From Tepidisphaera sp. (lineage in GTDB: Bacteria > Planctomycetota > Phycisphaerae > Phycisphaerales > UBA1924): a stretch of DNA of 64,000 bases. This document shows positions 17,766 through 27,134 of the stretch, piece after piece. The stretch is from NCBI GenBank assembly GCA_050916045.1, contig CP051526.1, positions 1,568,001-1,632,000 of the forward strand, read 5' to 3'. The notes under the pieces were generated by a model. The model worked only from the letters and a program-made list of their open reading frames with translations, did not search any database and was not told the DNA's origin. Both the position numbers and the translations under genes were made by a program. Position 1 is the stretch's first letter. Each line of letters begins with the position of its first letter.

Positions 17766-18391
17766 CACGCGGGTTCGAGCAGGACGAGCCACTCGAGGTT
17801 CCCGCTGAGCTTGCTCCCGCCGCGGATGGGAGACTGTGTCTCGCCGAGGATGCGGACGCCGGCTTGCGGGAGAGCGTCGATCACCGTGCGGGCGATCGAA
17901 GCGGCCTGACCGTCGTCAAGGACTCCGCCGCGGGGGAGCGTGATGCCGAGAGATTTGGCTTCGTAGTGCGGCTTGACGAGGGCGATGATCCTTCCGCCCG
18001 GCGCAAGCCAGCGGAGAGCGGCCGGGACGGCGAGCTTCGTCGGCGTCCAGCTCACATCGAGGGTCGCCAGTGCGACGGCGGCCCGGGGCTCGACGTGCAG
18101 GGCATTCTCGCGTTCCATGACGGTGACGCGCGGGTCTTTGCGGAGCGTCCACGCCAGCTCTCCGTACGCGGTGTCAACGGCGAAGACGTGAGAAGCCCCG
18201 TGACGCAGCAGGCAATCGGTAAAGCCGCCGGTGCTGCACCCGAGGTCGACGCACGTCAGGCCGGTGGCCTCGACGCTGAACTGGCGCAGCGCGTGCGCGA
18301 GCTTGAGGCCGCCTTTGGAGACGTAGGGCTTGGGCTCGCCGGCGGGCGGCGTGGATGGAGAGCGGTCGGATGGCGAGGGGTCGGGGCTCAC
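17765..18391 (-). CDS. tlyA: TlyA-family rRNA 2'-O-methyltransferase (no S4 domain)
   Basis: YVSKGGLKL, DLGCSTGGFTDCLL, LVKPHYE, GNLEWL. Confidence 0.85.
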   Translation of the reverse strand: MSPDPSPSDRSPSTPPAGEPKPYVSKGGLKLAHALRQFSVEATGLTCVDLGCSTGGFTDCLLRHGASHVFAVDTAYGELAWTLRKDPRVTVMERENALHVEPRAAVALATLDVSWTPTKLAVPAALRWLAPGGRIIALVKPHYEAKSLGITLPRGGVLDDGQAASIARTVIDALPQAGVRILGETQSPIRGGSKLSGNLEWLVLLEPA

Positions 18392-19284
18392 GCGTGGGCC
18401 GAGGGGACGCCGACGATCGAGATGCCAAGCTCATCGGCGCGGGCGATCATGGCCCGCTTGTCGAGCATGATCACCTCGCCGGCGGCGAGGGCGAGACAGC
18501 CACCGCCGTTGCGAGCGAGGTTTTCGATGGTCGTGACACCGACGGTGGGCACGTCGCTGCGGCGATCGTGGCCGGCGCGAGCGGCTTTGACGAGCGTCCA
18601 GCCTTGCTTGCGGCAGAGCTGGCCGACGCGTTCGATCATGCGGTCGGTGCCCTCGACGGCTTCGACGGCCATGGTGTCGCGTTCGCGGACGGCCATGGCC
18701 TGCCCGACGTCGAGGCTGAGCATCTGCTGAAGGATGGGCCAGGCGAAGTCGATGTCGCCGCGCTGCTCCTTGGAGGGCATCGTCTTGGTCATGACACCCG
18801 GCGTGGACATTTCGTCGGGGATGGGCGCGGTGGAGTCCAACAGCGCGACGCCGCAACGGTCGAGCTCGTGGGCGATGGCGGAGAGGACGGCGTAGGAGCG
18901 CTTGTCGTGGCGCAGATGGCGGTACCAGGCCATGAGGGTGCGCCAGTCGGGGATGTAGCGCAGGATCCGGAACGGATCGTGCATGAGCTTGGCTTTGTCG
19001 ACCTTCCCGACCATGATGGCGTGGCGGACGCCGAGCTTGGCGAGAGCTTTGCCCCAGCCGCCGACCTTGAGGAGGCCGACTTCCTGGAAGCTGGCGCAGA
19101 GGCCGGGCAGCTCGGGGTCGAACTGCTTGGCGAGGCCGAGGGCGTGGACGGGGTGTCCCGCGCGGCTGAGGCTTTTCGCGATGACGATGGGGAGTTGGCC
19201 GCCGCCGGCGATGAGACCGATCGCGGTCGGAGGCGGCGGCGGCTCCGGAAGCACGGTCAAGTAGGCTGGTACCAACGCGGACAT
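18388..19284 (-). CDS. lpxI: UDP-2,3-diacylglucosamine diphosphatase LpxI
   Basis: IGLIAGGGQLP, DVGQAM, AVEAVEGTD, DRRSDVPTVG. Confidence 0.9.
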   Translation of the reverse strand: MSALVPAYLTVLPEPPPPPTAIGLIAGGGQLPIVIAKSLSRAGHPVHALGLAKQFDPELPGLCASFQEVGLLKVGGWGKALAKLGVRHAIMVGKVDKAKLMHDPFRILRYIPDWRTLMAWYRHLRHDKRSYAVLSAIAHELDRCGVALLDSTAPIPDEMSTPGVMTKTMPSKEQRGDIDFAWPILQQMLSLDVGQAMAVRERDTMAVEAVEGTDRMIERVGQLCRKQGWTLVKAARAGHDRRSDVPTVGVTTIENLARNGGGCLALAAGEVIMLDKRAMIARADELGISIVGVPSAHA

Positions 19285-19510
19285 CGCGGCTTGCTATCCC
19301 TTCTGTCGGACACCCATCCGTTCCCCGAGACCAGATGATACTCGGGCGAAACCATTCGCGGGTTTGGTTTTTGGATGGATACCGAGGACCGGAGAAGTTT
19401 ATGGATGCTAACTCGAGGAATTCCAGATCGCTCCGCGGCCAATCTGGTATCGGACGTTCCGGGCCCAACGCTGTCGAAGTTCCGCTCGCGATTTCGACGA
19501 TTGAACCGGC

Positions 19511-19723
19511 ATGAGCCATGAGGAGAGCCAGCAGCAGGCCAGGCCGCACGCGCGGGTGCATTTCCAGTGCGCGGGTCGGATGGTGACGGTGACGGAAGGG
19601 AGAGCGGCAGGGGCGATTGCGCGCTGTCCAAAGTGCGGAGACGCGACCGTGCTTCCGCCGCGCGTGGCGGATGAGCCTGCGTGCCGGGCGTTTCAGATTC
19701 AGTGCGGGCGATTGGTGGGGTAG
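19511..19723 (+). CDS. Possible small zinc-ribbon protein
   Basis: HFQC...RCPKCG motif; short, uncertain. Confidence 0.35.
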   Translation: MSHEESQQQARPHARVHFQCAGRMVTVTEGRAAGAIARCPKCGDATVLPPRVADEPACRAFQIQCGRLVG

Positions 19724-19862
19724 CGGGCTCTTTCGCGTGAGCGCGGCGGCCCCGAGCTTTTGCGGGAATGAAGAGTGGGCGTGAGTCACGGCTTGCCGCG
19801 ATTCGAAAGCTCGCTGCAGCGAGGAGGGAATCCCTCGCGGGAAACCGTGGGTACACTCGCCC

Positions 19863-20387
19863 ATGGCCGGGATCTTCAGCAGTTCGTATCCCATCTCGCG
19901 TTCGACGGGCCGCTGCGCGGCGACGGGGCGTGAGTTTGCTCCTGGTGAGGCGATGGTGGCGACCCTGGTGGAAGCCGAGGGGCGTGAGGAGCTTCAGCGG
20001 CTTGATTTTTCGGTCTCCGCGTGGGGGGAGGGAGCGCGGCCGGGCGCGGGCATGAGGCTCTTTGCGAGCTGGCGTGCGACGCACCACGCGGGGGACACGA
20101 AGAAGAAGCTGTTGCTCGGGGATGATGAGCTTTTGGATCTGTTCGAGCAGCTCGCAGGTTCGGATCAGCCGCGGCAGCGGGCGTTTCGATATGTGCTGGC
20201 GCTGCTTCTGGTGCGGCGTCGGATTTTGATTTACGAGGGTCAGCAGCCGGGTGTGATGCGGGTGCGTGAGAAGCGGCTTGCGGCGGAGACGCCGGCACCG
20301 ATCGTGGACGTGGTGGACCCGGGCCTTGATGACGAGACGACGGCGGCGGTGATCGAGCAGCTTGGCGAGGTGATCGGTGCGGAGTGA
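19863..20387 (+). CDS. Conserved-type hypothetical protein
   Basis: RCAATGREF, RYVLALLLVRRRIL; first gene of an overlapping three-gene run. Confidence 0.75.
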   Translation: MAGIFSSSYPISRSTGRCAATGREFAPGEAMVATLVEAEGREELQRLDFSVSAWGEGARPGAGMRLFASWRATHHAGDTKKKLLLGDDELLDLFEQLAGSDQPRQRAFRYVLALLLVRRRILIYEGQQPGVMRVREKRLAAETPAPIVDVVDPGLDDETTAAVIEQLGEVIGAE

Positions 20388-21285
20388 GGCGCGGCGAGTG
20401 GTGGCGGGCGTGCTTCTCGCGATGGTCGCGGTGGCGGGGGGGTGCGGCGCGATCGGGCAGCGCAAGCCGACGGAACCGAGCGAGGTGCGTCGCCGCCCGC
20501 CGAAAGCGGCGGAGTTCATCGCCAAGCACAACGAGCGGGTGGCCAAGCTCAACCGGCTTTGGATGCGGACGGAGCTTTGGCTTCGCGGGACGACGCCGGA
20601 GGGGGAGAAGCTTGACGAGGTGACGGAGGGTCACCTGATGGTCGAGCTTCCGCGGAACCTTTCGCTGACGGTGAAGAAGCTTGGTGAGACGTACTTCGTG
20701 CTGGGGTCCAACGGCGAGCGGTACTGGTGGCTTGACCTTTCGCGGGAAGAGCGGCCGGGGCTTGCGGGTGAGCACGCGAAAGCGACGCGGGAGCGGGTGA
20801 AGCGATTCGGGCTTCCGGTTCTGCCGCTGGATCTGATCGAGCTTCTGGCGATCACGCCGATTGATCCTGCGGTGGAGGGGACGGCGCAGACGCGGTGGGT
20901 GTCGGAGAAGGAGGGGGAGATCGTGTTCGCGGTGCCGGGGGGTTCGCGGGCGATCCGGTTTGATGCGAAGACGCTTGAACCGACGGCGGTAGAGCTTCGG
21001 GATGAGAGCGGGTTTGCGGTCGTGTCTTCGGCGATGTCGGAGTTTGAGCCGACGCCGATCCGCGGGGAGCCTGGGCTTATGCCGAAGTTTCAGCGGAAGA
21101 CGGACATCGTGCTCAATGAGCTTGATGGCGTGGGCAAGAGTGGGACGCGTGTGCGGGTGACGATCACGGCGTACGACGCGGAGAACAGGCCTCTGAATCC
21201 GGCGTTGTTCGATCTGCCCGAACTGGTGAAGCGGCACCGCGTGAGCGTGGTGCGGTCGGTGGATGAGATGGAGCTCCGCCCGTGA
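20377..21285 (+). CDS. Lipoprotein (possible LolA/B-like fold)
   Basis: Lipobox-like VAGGC; LGSNGERYWW. Confidence 0.65.
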   Translation: MRSEARRVVAGVLLAMVAVAGGCGAIGQRKPTEPSEVRRRPPKAAEFIAKHNERVAKLNRLWMRTELWLRGTTPEGEKLDEVTEGHLMVELPRNLSLTVKKLGETYFVLGSNGERYWWLDLSREERPGLAGEHAKATRERVKRFGLPVLPLDLIELLAITPIDPAVEGTAQTRWVSEKEGEIVFAVPGGSRAIRFDAKTLEPTAVELRDESGFAVVSSAMSEFEPTPIRGEPGLMPKFQRKTDIVLNELDGVGKSGTRVRVTITAYDAENRPLNPALFDLPELVKRHRVSVVRSVDEMELRP

Positions 21286-23000
21286 TGAAGCGGATGGTCA
21301 GTGTGGCGGTCGCGTTGCTCGCGGTGTTCGCGGTGGCGAAGGCGATGGCGCGGCAGGCGCCGCCGACGCTGCCGTCGGCGGGTGCGCCGCTGATGACGGA
21401 GGGGCAGCGGCGATCGTCGGGGCTTCCGATCTCGCACGCGTGGATGGTTCGCGAGAGGGCGCGGCTTCGGACGAACGAGCCTTCGCTGTGGCAGGTTTAC
21501 CACGTGCCGCCGCGGCGGTCGGTGACGACGGATGACGGGTTGGCGCATGGGTCGCCGGACGGGTCGCTCCGCGTGTCGGCGCAGCTTGCTCGGAGGCCGG
21601 AAGCGATCGCGGCGTGGAAGAACGAAGCGACGTTTATCTTCGAGCCGGTGCCGATCGATGAGAGCAAGCCGAACGGGCCGGCGGTGCGGCAGCTTTTGTC
21701 GCTTTCGACCGAGCCTCGGGCGCTGGATATCTGGATTGATGTTCCTGAGGGGCGGCTGACGTCGCTTCCGGAGTTGCCGGGCCGGGGGCGGCTGGCGGGG
21801 TTTGCGGGGACGCCGCTTGGTCCGATGGCGCTGACGTCGGAGGATGATGGGGCGCTGGAGGGCGGGTCCAAGCGATGGCTGCTGCGACTGCTTGGCAAAG
21901 CGGGTTGGGCGGAGTGTGCGCTCCCGCCGGGCGCGAAGGAGCTGTCGAATCTGACGCTTCTGGCGGACGGAGCCGGCGTGAGCATGGTCGGCGTGGGGAC
22001 GCGGACGGTGGAGTGGTGGCGAGGGCGCGTCGAGGGCGAGGGCTTTGTCTGGGAAGCGATGTCGCGCACGCTGGGCGGACAGGTCGGCGCGGAGTTGGGG
22101 CCGGAGTCGGCGGGCCGGAGCGTGTTCCTGGTGATTCGCGGGTCGCTCTTTGCGATCTCGCCGGTCACCGAAGCGAACTGGTCGACGGTGCGGGTCTTTG
22201 AGCTTGATCCCGCCGGGCCGCGGCTGGTGTCGACGGTGACGGGCTCGCGCGGGGCGCTTGGGATCCTGCCGATGGAGGGGTTGTCGCGCGTGGCGATGGT
22301 GTGGGATGCGGGTCCGACGGCGCCGATCGCGGAGCAGCGGCTTTCGGTGACGGAGGTTTCGCTCTGGACAGGGCGGACGCTTTTCTCGGGTCCGCACGTG
22401 ATCGCGGGGCCGCTCACGCGGTCGGACGCGGTGATGCTCGGGGTGATGCTGTTTGTGATCGCGGCGTCGGTGATCGTGTTTGTGATGCGGTCGGACACGG
22501 CTTTGGAGGTCACGCTTCCGCCGGGTTTGTCGCTCGCGGATCCATCGCGGCGGTTCCTGGCTTCGATGATCGACGGCGGGATCGCGATCGTGGTCGCTTC
22601 GCGGATCATCGATCTGCCGCTTTCGGAGGTTTTTTCGGTGGAAGCGGCGGTGGGCGCCCAGCCGGTGAAGCTGATGTTCACGTCGATGGGCATCGCGTTC
22701 GTTCACACGACGTTGTCCGAGGTGCTTTTCTCGAGGTCGATCGGTAAAGCACTGATGGGGTGCTTTGTGGTGAAGCTTCCCAAGACTCCGGACGCGACCA
22801 AGCCGCACGAGGGCGTGACGCGGGTGACGTTCGGGGCCGCGCTGGTGCGGAACGCCATCAAGTGGGGGATGCCGCCGGTCGTGGCGCTGACGTTCCTCGA
22901 GCCCTCGAGGCGCCATCGGGCCGAGCTTCTCACGCGGACGGCGGTGGTGGTGCCGTTTTCGGACTCTTCGGAGCCCGGGGAATCGGACGACGAGGGGTGA
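21282..23000 (+). CDS. Membrane protein with large exported domain and C-terminal RDD domain
   Basis: RRFLASMIDG, SIGKALMG, ALVRNAIK, RTAVV. Confidence 0.75.
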   Translation: MMKRMVSVAVALLAVFAVAKAMARQAPPTLPSAGAPLMTEGQRRSSGLPISHAWMVRERARLRTNEPSLWQVYHVPPRRSVTTDDGLAHGSPDGSLRVSAQLARRPEAIAAWKNEATFIFEPVPIDESKPNGPAVRQLLSLSTEPRALDIWIDVPEGRLTSLPELPGRGRLAGFAGTPLGPMALTSEDDGALEGGSKRWLLRLLGKAGWAECALPPGAKELSNLTLLADGAGVSMVGVGTRTVEWWRGRVEGEGFVWEAMSRTLGGQVGAELGPESAGRSVFLVIRGSLFAISPVTEANWSTVRVFELDPAGPRLVSTVTGSRGALGILPMEGLSRVAMVWDAGPTAPIAEQRLSVTEVSLWTGRTLFSGPHVIAGPLTRSDAVMLGVMLFVIAASVIVFVMRSDTALEVTLPPGLSLADPSRRFLASMIDGGIAIVVASRIIDLPLSEVFSVEAAVGAQPVKLMFTSMGIAFVHTTLSEVLFSRSIGKALMGCFVVKLPKTPDATKPHEGVTRVTFGAALVRNAIKWGMPPVVALTFLEPSRRHRAELLTRTAVVVPFSDSSEPGESDDEG

Positions 23001-23088
23001 AGCGGGGTGGAGAGGGGTGGGGGCGGGTGGGGCGATAACTCGCGCCGGGCGACTTTGGACCGGATAAGCGCAGGAAGTGCCTCCAACA

Positions 23089-23117
23089 TCAAGGTGATTT
23101 TGCGCCCAACCCGATAG
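23089..23117 (+). promoter_or_regulatory. sigma28-like promoter upstream of flagellar cluster
   Basis: TCAAG-N16-CCCGATAG. Confidence 0.5.
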
Positions 23118-23185
23118 ACCCACGGGCCGGAGATCGGCCGCCGCCAGGTTCGACCGGGGTGTACCCGGAAGAACTCGCGGAGCAG

Positions 23186-25687
23186 ATGGGTGCCTTCGTG
23201 AGCGACACAGAACACGCAAAGCCAGAGCAGGCCGCGACTTCCGAACCCGCAGGGTTGGGTTGGAGCGACGTTTGGCAGCTTCCCACGCTGGTCCTGGGCG
23301 TTGGCGTGCTGGTCGCGGCGATCATGCACGCGATGACGCTGGTCCCGCGGCCGGACGTGAGCGCCCCGCTGGCGCGGGCCGAGGAGCAGGTGGCGGCTTC
23401 GGCGTACGAGGACGCGATCACCACGCTGAACACGGGCGTGTACCCGTTCGTGGGGACCAAGGACATGAACCGCGAGCAGCAGGGCGCCTTCCATCAATTG
23501 ATGGGCCGGGCTTTGTACCTCGGGCAGCGTGGGCTGGGCATCGACCGCGAGGACAACAACACCAACATCAAAGCGTCGTACCTCGAAGCCGAGGCCTACG
23601 GCGTTCAGCTTCTCCCGTCGGACGTGTCGTATCTCGCGGACACCCTGCTTTCGCTCGGCGAGTTTGATCAGGCCCGCAAGCGTGCGGACACGCTGCCGGC
23701 GGATGAGCGGAGCCGGCGTTTGACGCTTTACCGCCGCCTCGTGGATGAAGCGATGAACCCTGATCGCCGGCGCGACGATGCGGCATTCGAGCTGGTTTCG
23801 GGGATGCTGATGGATACTGAGCTGGCGCCGGACGATCGCGCGTGGGCGCTGTCGCGGCAGGCGGAGCTTCAGATCGATCGCGGGTACGCGGAAGATGCGA
23901 TGAACCGACTTCTTCGCGAGCTGCCGCGGCTTGATTCACTCAGCCCGCGCGAGCGAGGGCCGCTCCACCTCCTTCTGGCGAGGGCGTACATCGAGGTGCA
24001 GTCGCTGGATGCGGCGGAGCGTCAGCTGGCTTTGGCGGCGGAGATGATCCAGCCGGGAGACATCCGGATCCAGCAGCTCACGCTTCTGCAGGGGCAGGTG
24101 CTTTCGCTGAAGGGTGACCACGCGGCGGCCCGCGAGCGGTTCCAACTGGTGCTGGACTCGATCCCGACGGCGCGTTGGCGGCTTTGGGGCGAGTACGGCC
24201 TGGCCAAGGCGGCGAGCATCATGGACGACGACGAGGACGCGCTCGCGGCGTACGGCCGTCTGGTCGAGCTCCTGGCCAAGGGCGAGAAGAGCCGCGAGGT
24301 CTCGCCGGTGGTGGTCTCGGAAAGTCTGACGAAGTGCTCCAAGGACCGGTTTGAACACGGGTCGACGGACTTGTCGCTCCGGTACGCGGTGCTTGCAGAG
24401 CGTGTTCTGGGCGAGAGCAGACTGACGGCGGAGACGCTGCTCAGCCTCGCGTCCTCGCACCGGCGCCTCGCGGATGAGATCATCGCGGCGGTGAAAGCCA
24501 AGAGCACCAGCGACGTGGTGCTCGCGGATCTGGACCCGGCGACCCGGGCCCAGGTTCGGAGTCACCTTTCGGCCGCGGCGGGGTACTACCGCAAGCACGC
24601 GGACAAGGTCGTGCTTACGGACGTGCAGCTTTACAGCGACTCGCTGTGGATGTCCGGCGACTGTTACGACCGGGCGGGGGATCAGGAATCGGCGGTGCGG
24701 ATTTTCCAGCTCTACGCGGCGGAGCGCCCCGGCGATCCGCGGCAGCCCGAAGCCCGGTTCCGCCTCGCGCAGGCGTACCAGGTCCGCGGCGACATCGAGA
24801 ACGCGGCGGCGATCTACCGCGATCTGATCCGGTCGCGCGGGGATGCCGAGTCGGGGTCGGGCCCGTGGGCGGATGCGAGCGAAGTGCCTCTTGCGCGGGC
24901 TCTTCTGCTTGACGCGAACACGGAGAATGACGCGGAAGCGGAGCAGATCCTTCGGAGCGTGGTCTCCGGGCAGATCGGCGGGCCGGATTCGGCGTCGTTC
25001 CGCGCCGCGGTGTTTGAGCTCGCGAACTACTACTACCGCAAGAACGACTACGACGCCGCGATCGAACGATTCGAGGAGGCGCTCACGCGCTATCCCGACG
25101 ATTCGCAGGTGACGGCGGCGCGGTTCAAGCTCGGCGATGCGCTGCGGCTTTCCGCGGTCGAGATCGAGCAGACGCTGACGCAGGCGATCCCGCCGGCGGA
25201 GAAGGTGACGCTGGAAGCGACTCGCGTCGACCGCTTGCGTCGCGCGATCGCCCTCTACGAGCAGGTCCGTCGCGAGCTTGACGTCAAGGACCCCAGGCGT
25301 CGCACGGCGGCGGAAGAGACGTATCTTCGGAACTCGTACTTCTACATGGGGGAAGCGGCGTTTCGAATGAAGGACTACGAAGCGGCGATCACGCACTACA
25401 ACGCGGCCAAGGACAGGTACAACCAGGACCCCGCGGCGCTGGTGGCGATGACGCAGATCGTGAGCTGTCACCTTCGGCAGGGTGATCTCAAGCGCGCCCA
25501 GGCCGCGAACGAACGGGCCAAGCGGTTCTACGCGGGGCTTCCGGTCGCGGTGTGGGACGATCCGACGCTGCCGATGACGCGGCAGGACTGGGAGCGGTGG
25601 CTGGATTCGACGTCGAGGCTGTGGGCGGACGCCGGCACCGGGCCGGGTACGCAGAGTGCGGCGGCGACGGACCCGAATTCGCCGTGA
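23186..25687 (+). CDS. Membrane-anchored tetratricopeptide repeat protein (alt. start 23159)
   Basis: N-terminal TM; TPRs e.g. EARFRLAQAYQVRGD, AVFELANYYYRKNDYDAAIERF. Confidence 0.8.
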   Translation: MGAFVSDTEHAKPEQAATSEPAGLGWSDVWQLPTLVLGVGVLVAAIMHAMTLVPRPDVSAPLARAEEQVAASAYEDAITTLNTGVYPFVGTKDMNREQQGAFHQLMGRALYLGQRGLGIDREDNNTNIKASYLEAEAYGVQLLPSDVSYLADTLLSLGEFDQARKRADTLPADERSRRLTLYRRLVDEAMNPDRRRDDAAFELVSGMLMDTELAPDDRAWALSRQAELQIDRGYAEDAMNRLLRELPRLDSLSPRERGPLHLLLARAYIEVQSLDAAERQLALAAEMIQPGDIRIQQLTLLQGQVLSLKGDHAAARERFQLVLDSIPTARWRLWGEYGLAKAASIMDDDEDALAAYGRLVELLAKGEKSREVSPVVVSESLTKCSKDRFEHGSTDLSLRYAVLAERVLGESRLTAETLLSLASSHRRLADEIIAAVKAKSTSDVVLADLDPATRAQVRSHLSAAAGYYRKHADKVVLTDVQLYSDSLWMSGDCYDRAGDQESAVRIFQLYAAERPGDPRQPEARFRLAQAYQVRGDIENAAAIYRDLIRSRGDAESGSGPWADASEVPLARALLLDANTENDAEAEQILRSVVSGQIGGPDSASFRAAVFELANYYYRKNDYDAAIERFEEALTRYPDDSQVTAARFKLGDALRLSAVEIEQTLTQAIPPAEKVTLEATRVDRLRRAIALYEQVRRELDVKDPRRRTAAEETYLRNSYFYMGEAAFRMKDYEAAITHYNAAKDRYNQDPAALVAMTQIVSCHLRQGDLKRAQAANERAKRFYAGLPVAVWDDPTLPMTRQDWERWLDSTSRLWADAGTGPGTQSAAATDPNSP

Positions 25688-25739
25688 ATGGATGAACGAA
25701 CGACCCGGGCGGGACGCCCGGCTGGACAGGAGGTCATGG

Positions 25740-26186
25740 ATGACCACGAACGCGTCGACAACCCTGGACACCTTGGTGCGCGAGCAGGCGACGATCCTGC
25801 TTGACCTTTCGACCCTTTCCGAGCGTCAGGCCGAAGCGATCGCGAGCCGCGACGCGGACCGGCTGGACGATGTGCTTGACCGGCGGCAGACGCTGATCAC
25901 GCGGCTGGGCGAGGTGGCGGGTGAGCTTGCGGATCGGTCGAACGAACTCGAAAGACTGACGGCGCGGGGTGATGGGCTTGCGGAGCGTGCGGCCCGCGAT
26001 CTCGCGGAAGCGTCGCGGCTTTGGTCGCAGCTTGCGGCCCGCGATGCGGATGATCTCGCCGATCTTCGCCGTCAGCGGGATGATCTGGCCCGCGAGCTTG
26101 CGGCGGTGGGGAAGACCGAGCGGGCCAAAGGGGCGTACGGCGCGCCCGCTTCGGGCGGGGCCCTCTTTCAGGACTTCCAGGCATGA
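25740..26186 (+). CDS. FlgN-like flagellar export chaperone
   Basis: AGGAGG RBS; helical LSERQAEAIASRDADRLDDVLDRRQTLI; C-terminal AYG; flagellar context. Confidence 0.55.
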   Translation: MTTNASTTLDTLVREQATILLDLSTLSERQAEAIASRDADRLDDVLDRRQTLITRLGEVAGELADRSNELERLTARGDGLAERAARDLAEASRLWSQLAARDADDLADLRRQRDDLARELAAVGKTERAKGAYGAPASGGALFQDFQA

Positions 26187-27133
26187 GCACCACGACGCAG
26201 ATGAGCCCGGCGGATCTGGCCGACCTGATGTCGGCGTTCAACGACGTGACGTCGAAGCTGAACGCGACGCACGAGGCGCTGCGGGCCGAGGTCGCCCGGC
26301 TTTCACGCGAGCTTTCGGAAGCGAACCAGCAGCTTGAGCGGTCGCGTCGGCTTGCGGCTTTGGGGGAGATGGCGGCGGGGATCGCGCACGAGGTGCGGAA
26401 CCCTCTGGGAGCGATCCGGCTTTACGCCCGGATGCTGACGGAGGATCTGGCGGGGCAGGCCAAGCCTCAGGAACTTGCGGCGAAGATCGCGCGATCGGCG
26501 AGCGGCCTTGACCGCGTGGTGGGGGATGTGCTCACGTTCTCGCGCGAGTTCCGGGCGGCGCGTGAGGAGATCACGGCGGGGGATCTGTTCGACGCGGTGC
26601 TTGAGAGCGTCTGTCACGACGGCACGCCGGGCTGGCGGAACGTGACGTTCCGGCGCGAGGGCGATGAGGTCGAGCTGATGGGCGACTCGGATCTCCTGCG
26701 TCAGGCGATGGTGAACCTGGTGCGGAATGCAGTGGAAGCGGCGCAGGAGGGCAAGGGCGCTCCCGTGGTGACGCTTTCGGCCGAACGGACGCGAGCGCGG
26801 GGCAAGAAGCCCGCGGAAGCGGTGCTTCGGGTGGTGGACACGGGGCCGGGAATCCCGACGGATGTTCTGGCACGGATGTTTAATCCCTTTTTCACGACGC
26901 GGGCCGCTGGCACAGGTTTGGGCCTCGCGATCGTGCACAGAATTGTGGATGCGCACGGTGGCCGCGTGGTGGCTGGCTCCGCGAGCGGAGCAGGTCAACA
27001 ATCCGGAGCGTCGTTCACAATTCATCTCCCCCTCATGGATGAGGGTGAGCGTTCGACGGAGTCCGAGGTTCATCTCGGCCAGACGGTCAAGTTTCCAATT
27101 CGATCGGTTTGCAAGGATGCGGAGGTAGCCTGA
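26183..27133 (+). CDS. Cytoplasmic sensor histidine kinase (FleS/FlgS-like)
   Basis: AHEVRNPL H-box, NLVRNA, DTGPGI, PFFTTR, GTGLGL; no TM. Confidence 0.88.
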   Translation: MSTTTQMSPADLADLMSAFNDVTSKLNATHEALRAEVARLSRELSEANQQLERSRRLAALGEMAAGIAHEVRNPLGAIRLYARMLTEDLAGQAKPQELAAKIARSASGLDRVVGDVLTFSREFRAAREEITAGDLFDAVLESVCHDGTPGWRNVTFRREGDEVELMGDSDLLRQAMVNLVRNAVEAAQEGKGAPVVTLSAERTRARGKKPAEAVLRVVDTGPGIPTDVLARMFNPFFTTRAAGTGLGLAIVHRIVDAHGGRVVAGSASGAGQQSGASFTIHLPLMDEGERSTESEVHLGQTVKFPIRSVCKDAEVA

Positions 27134-27134
27134 G

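Noticed and set aside
19285..19510. oriC / DnaA-box cluster
   Set aside because: Somewhat AT-rich but no TTATCCACA matches recognised.
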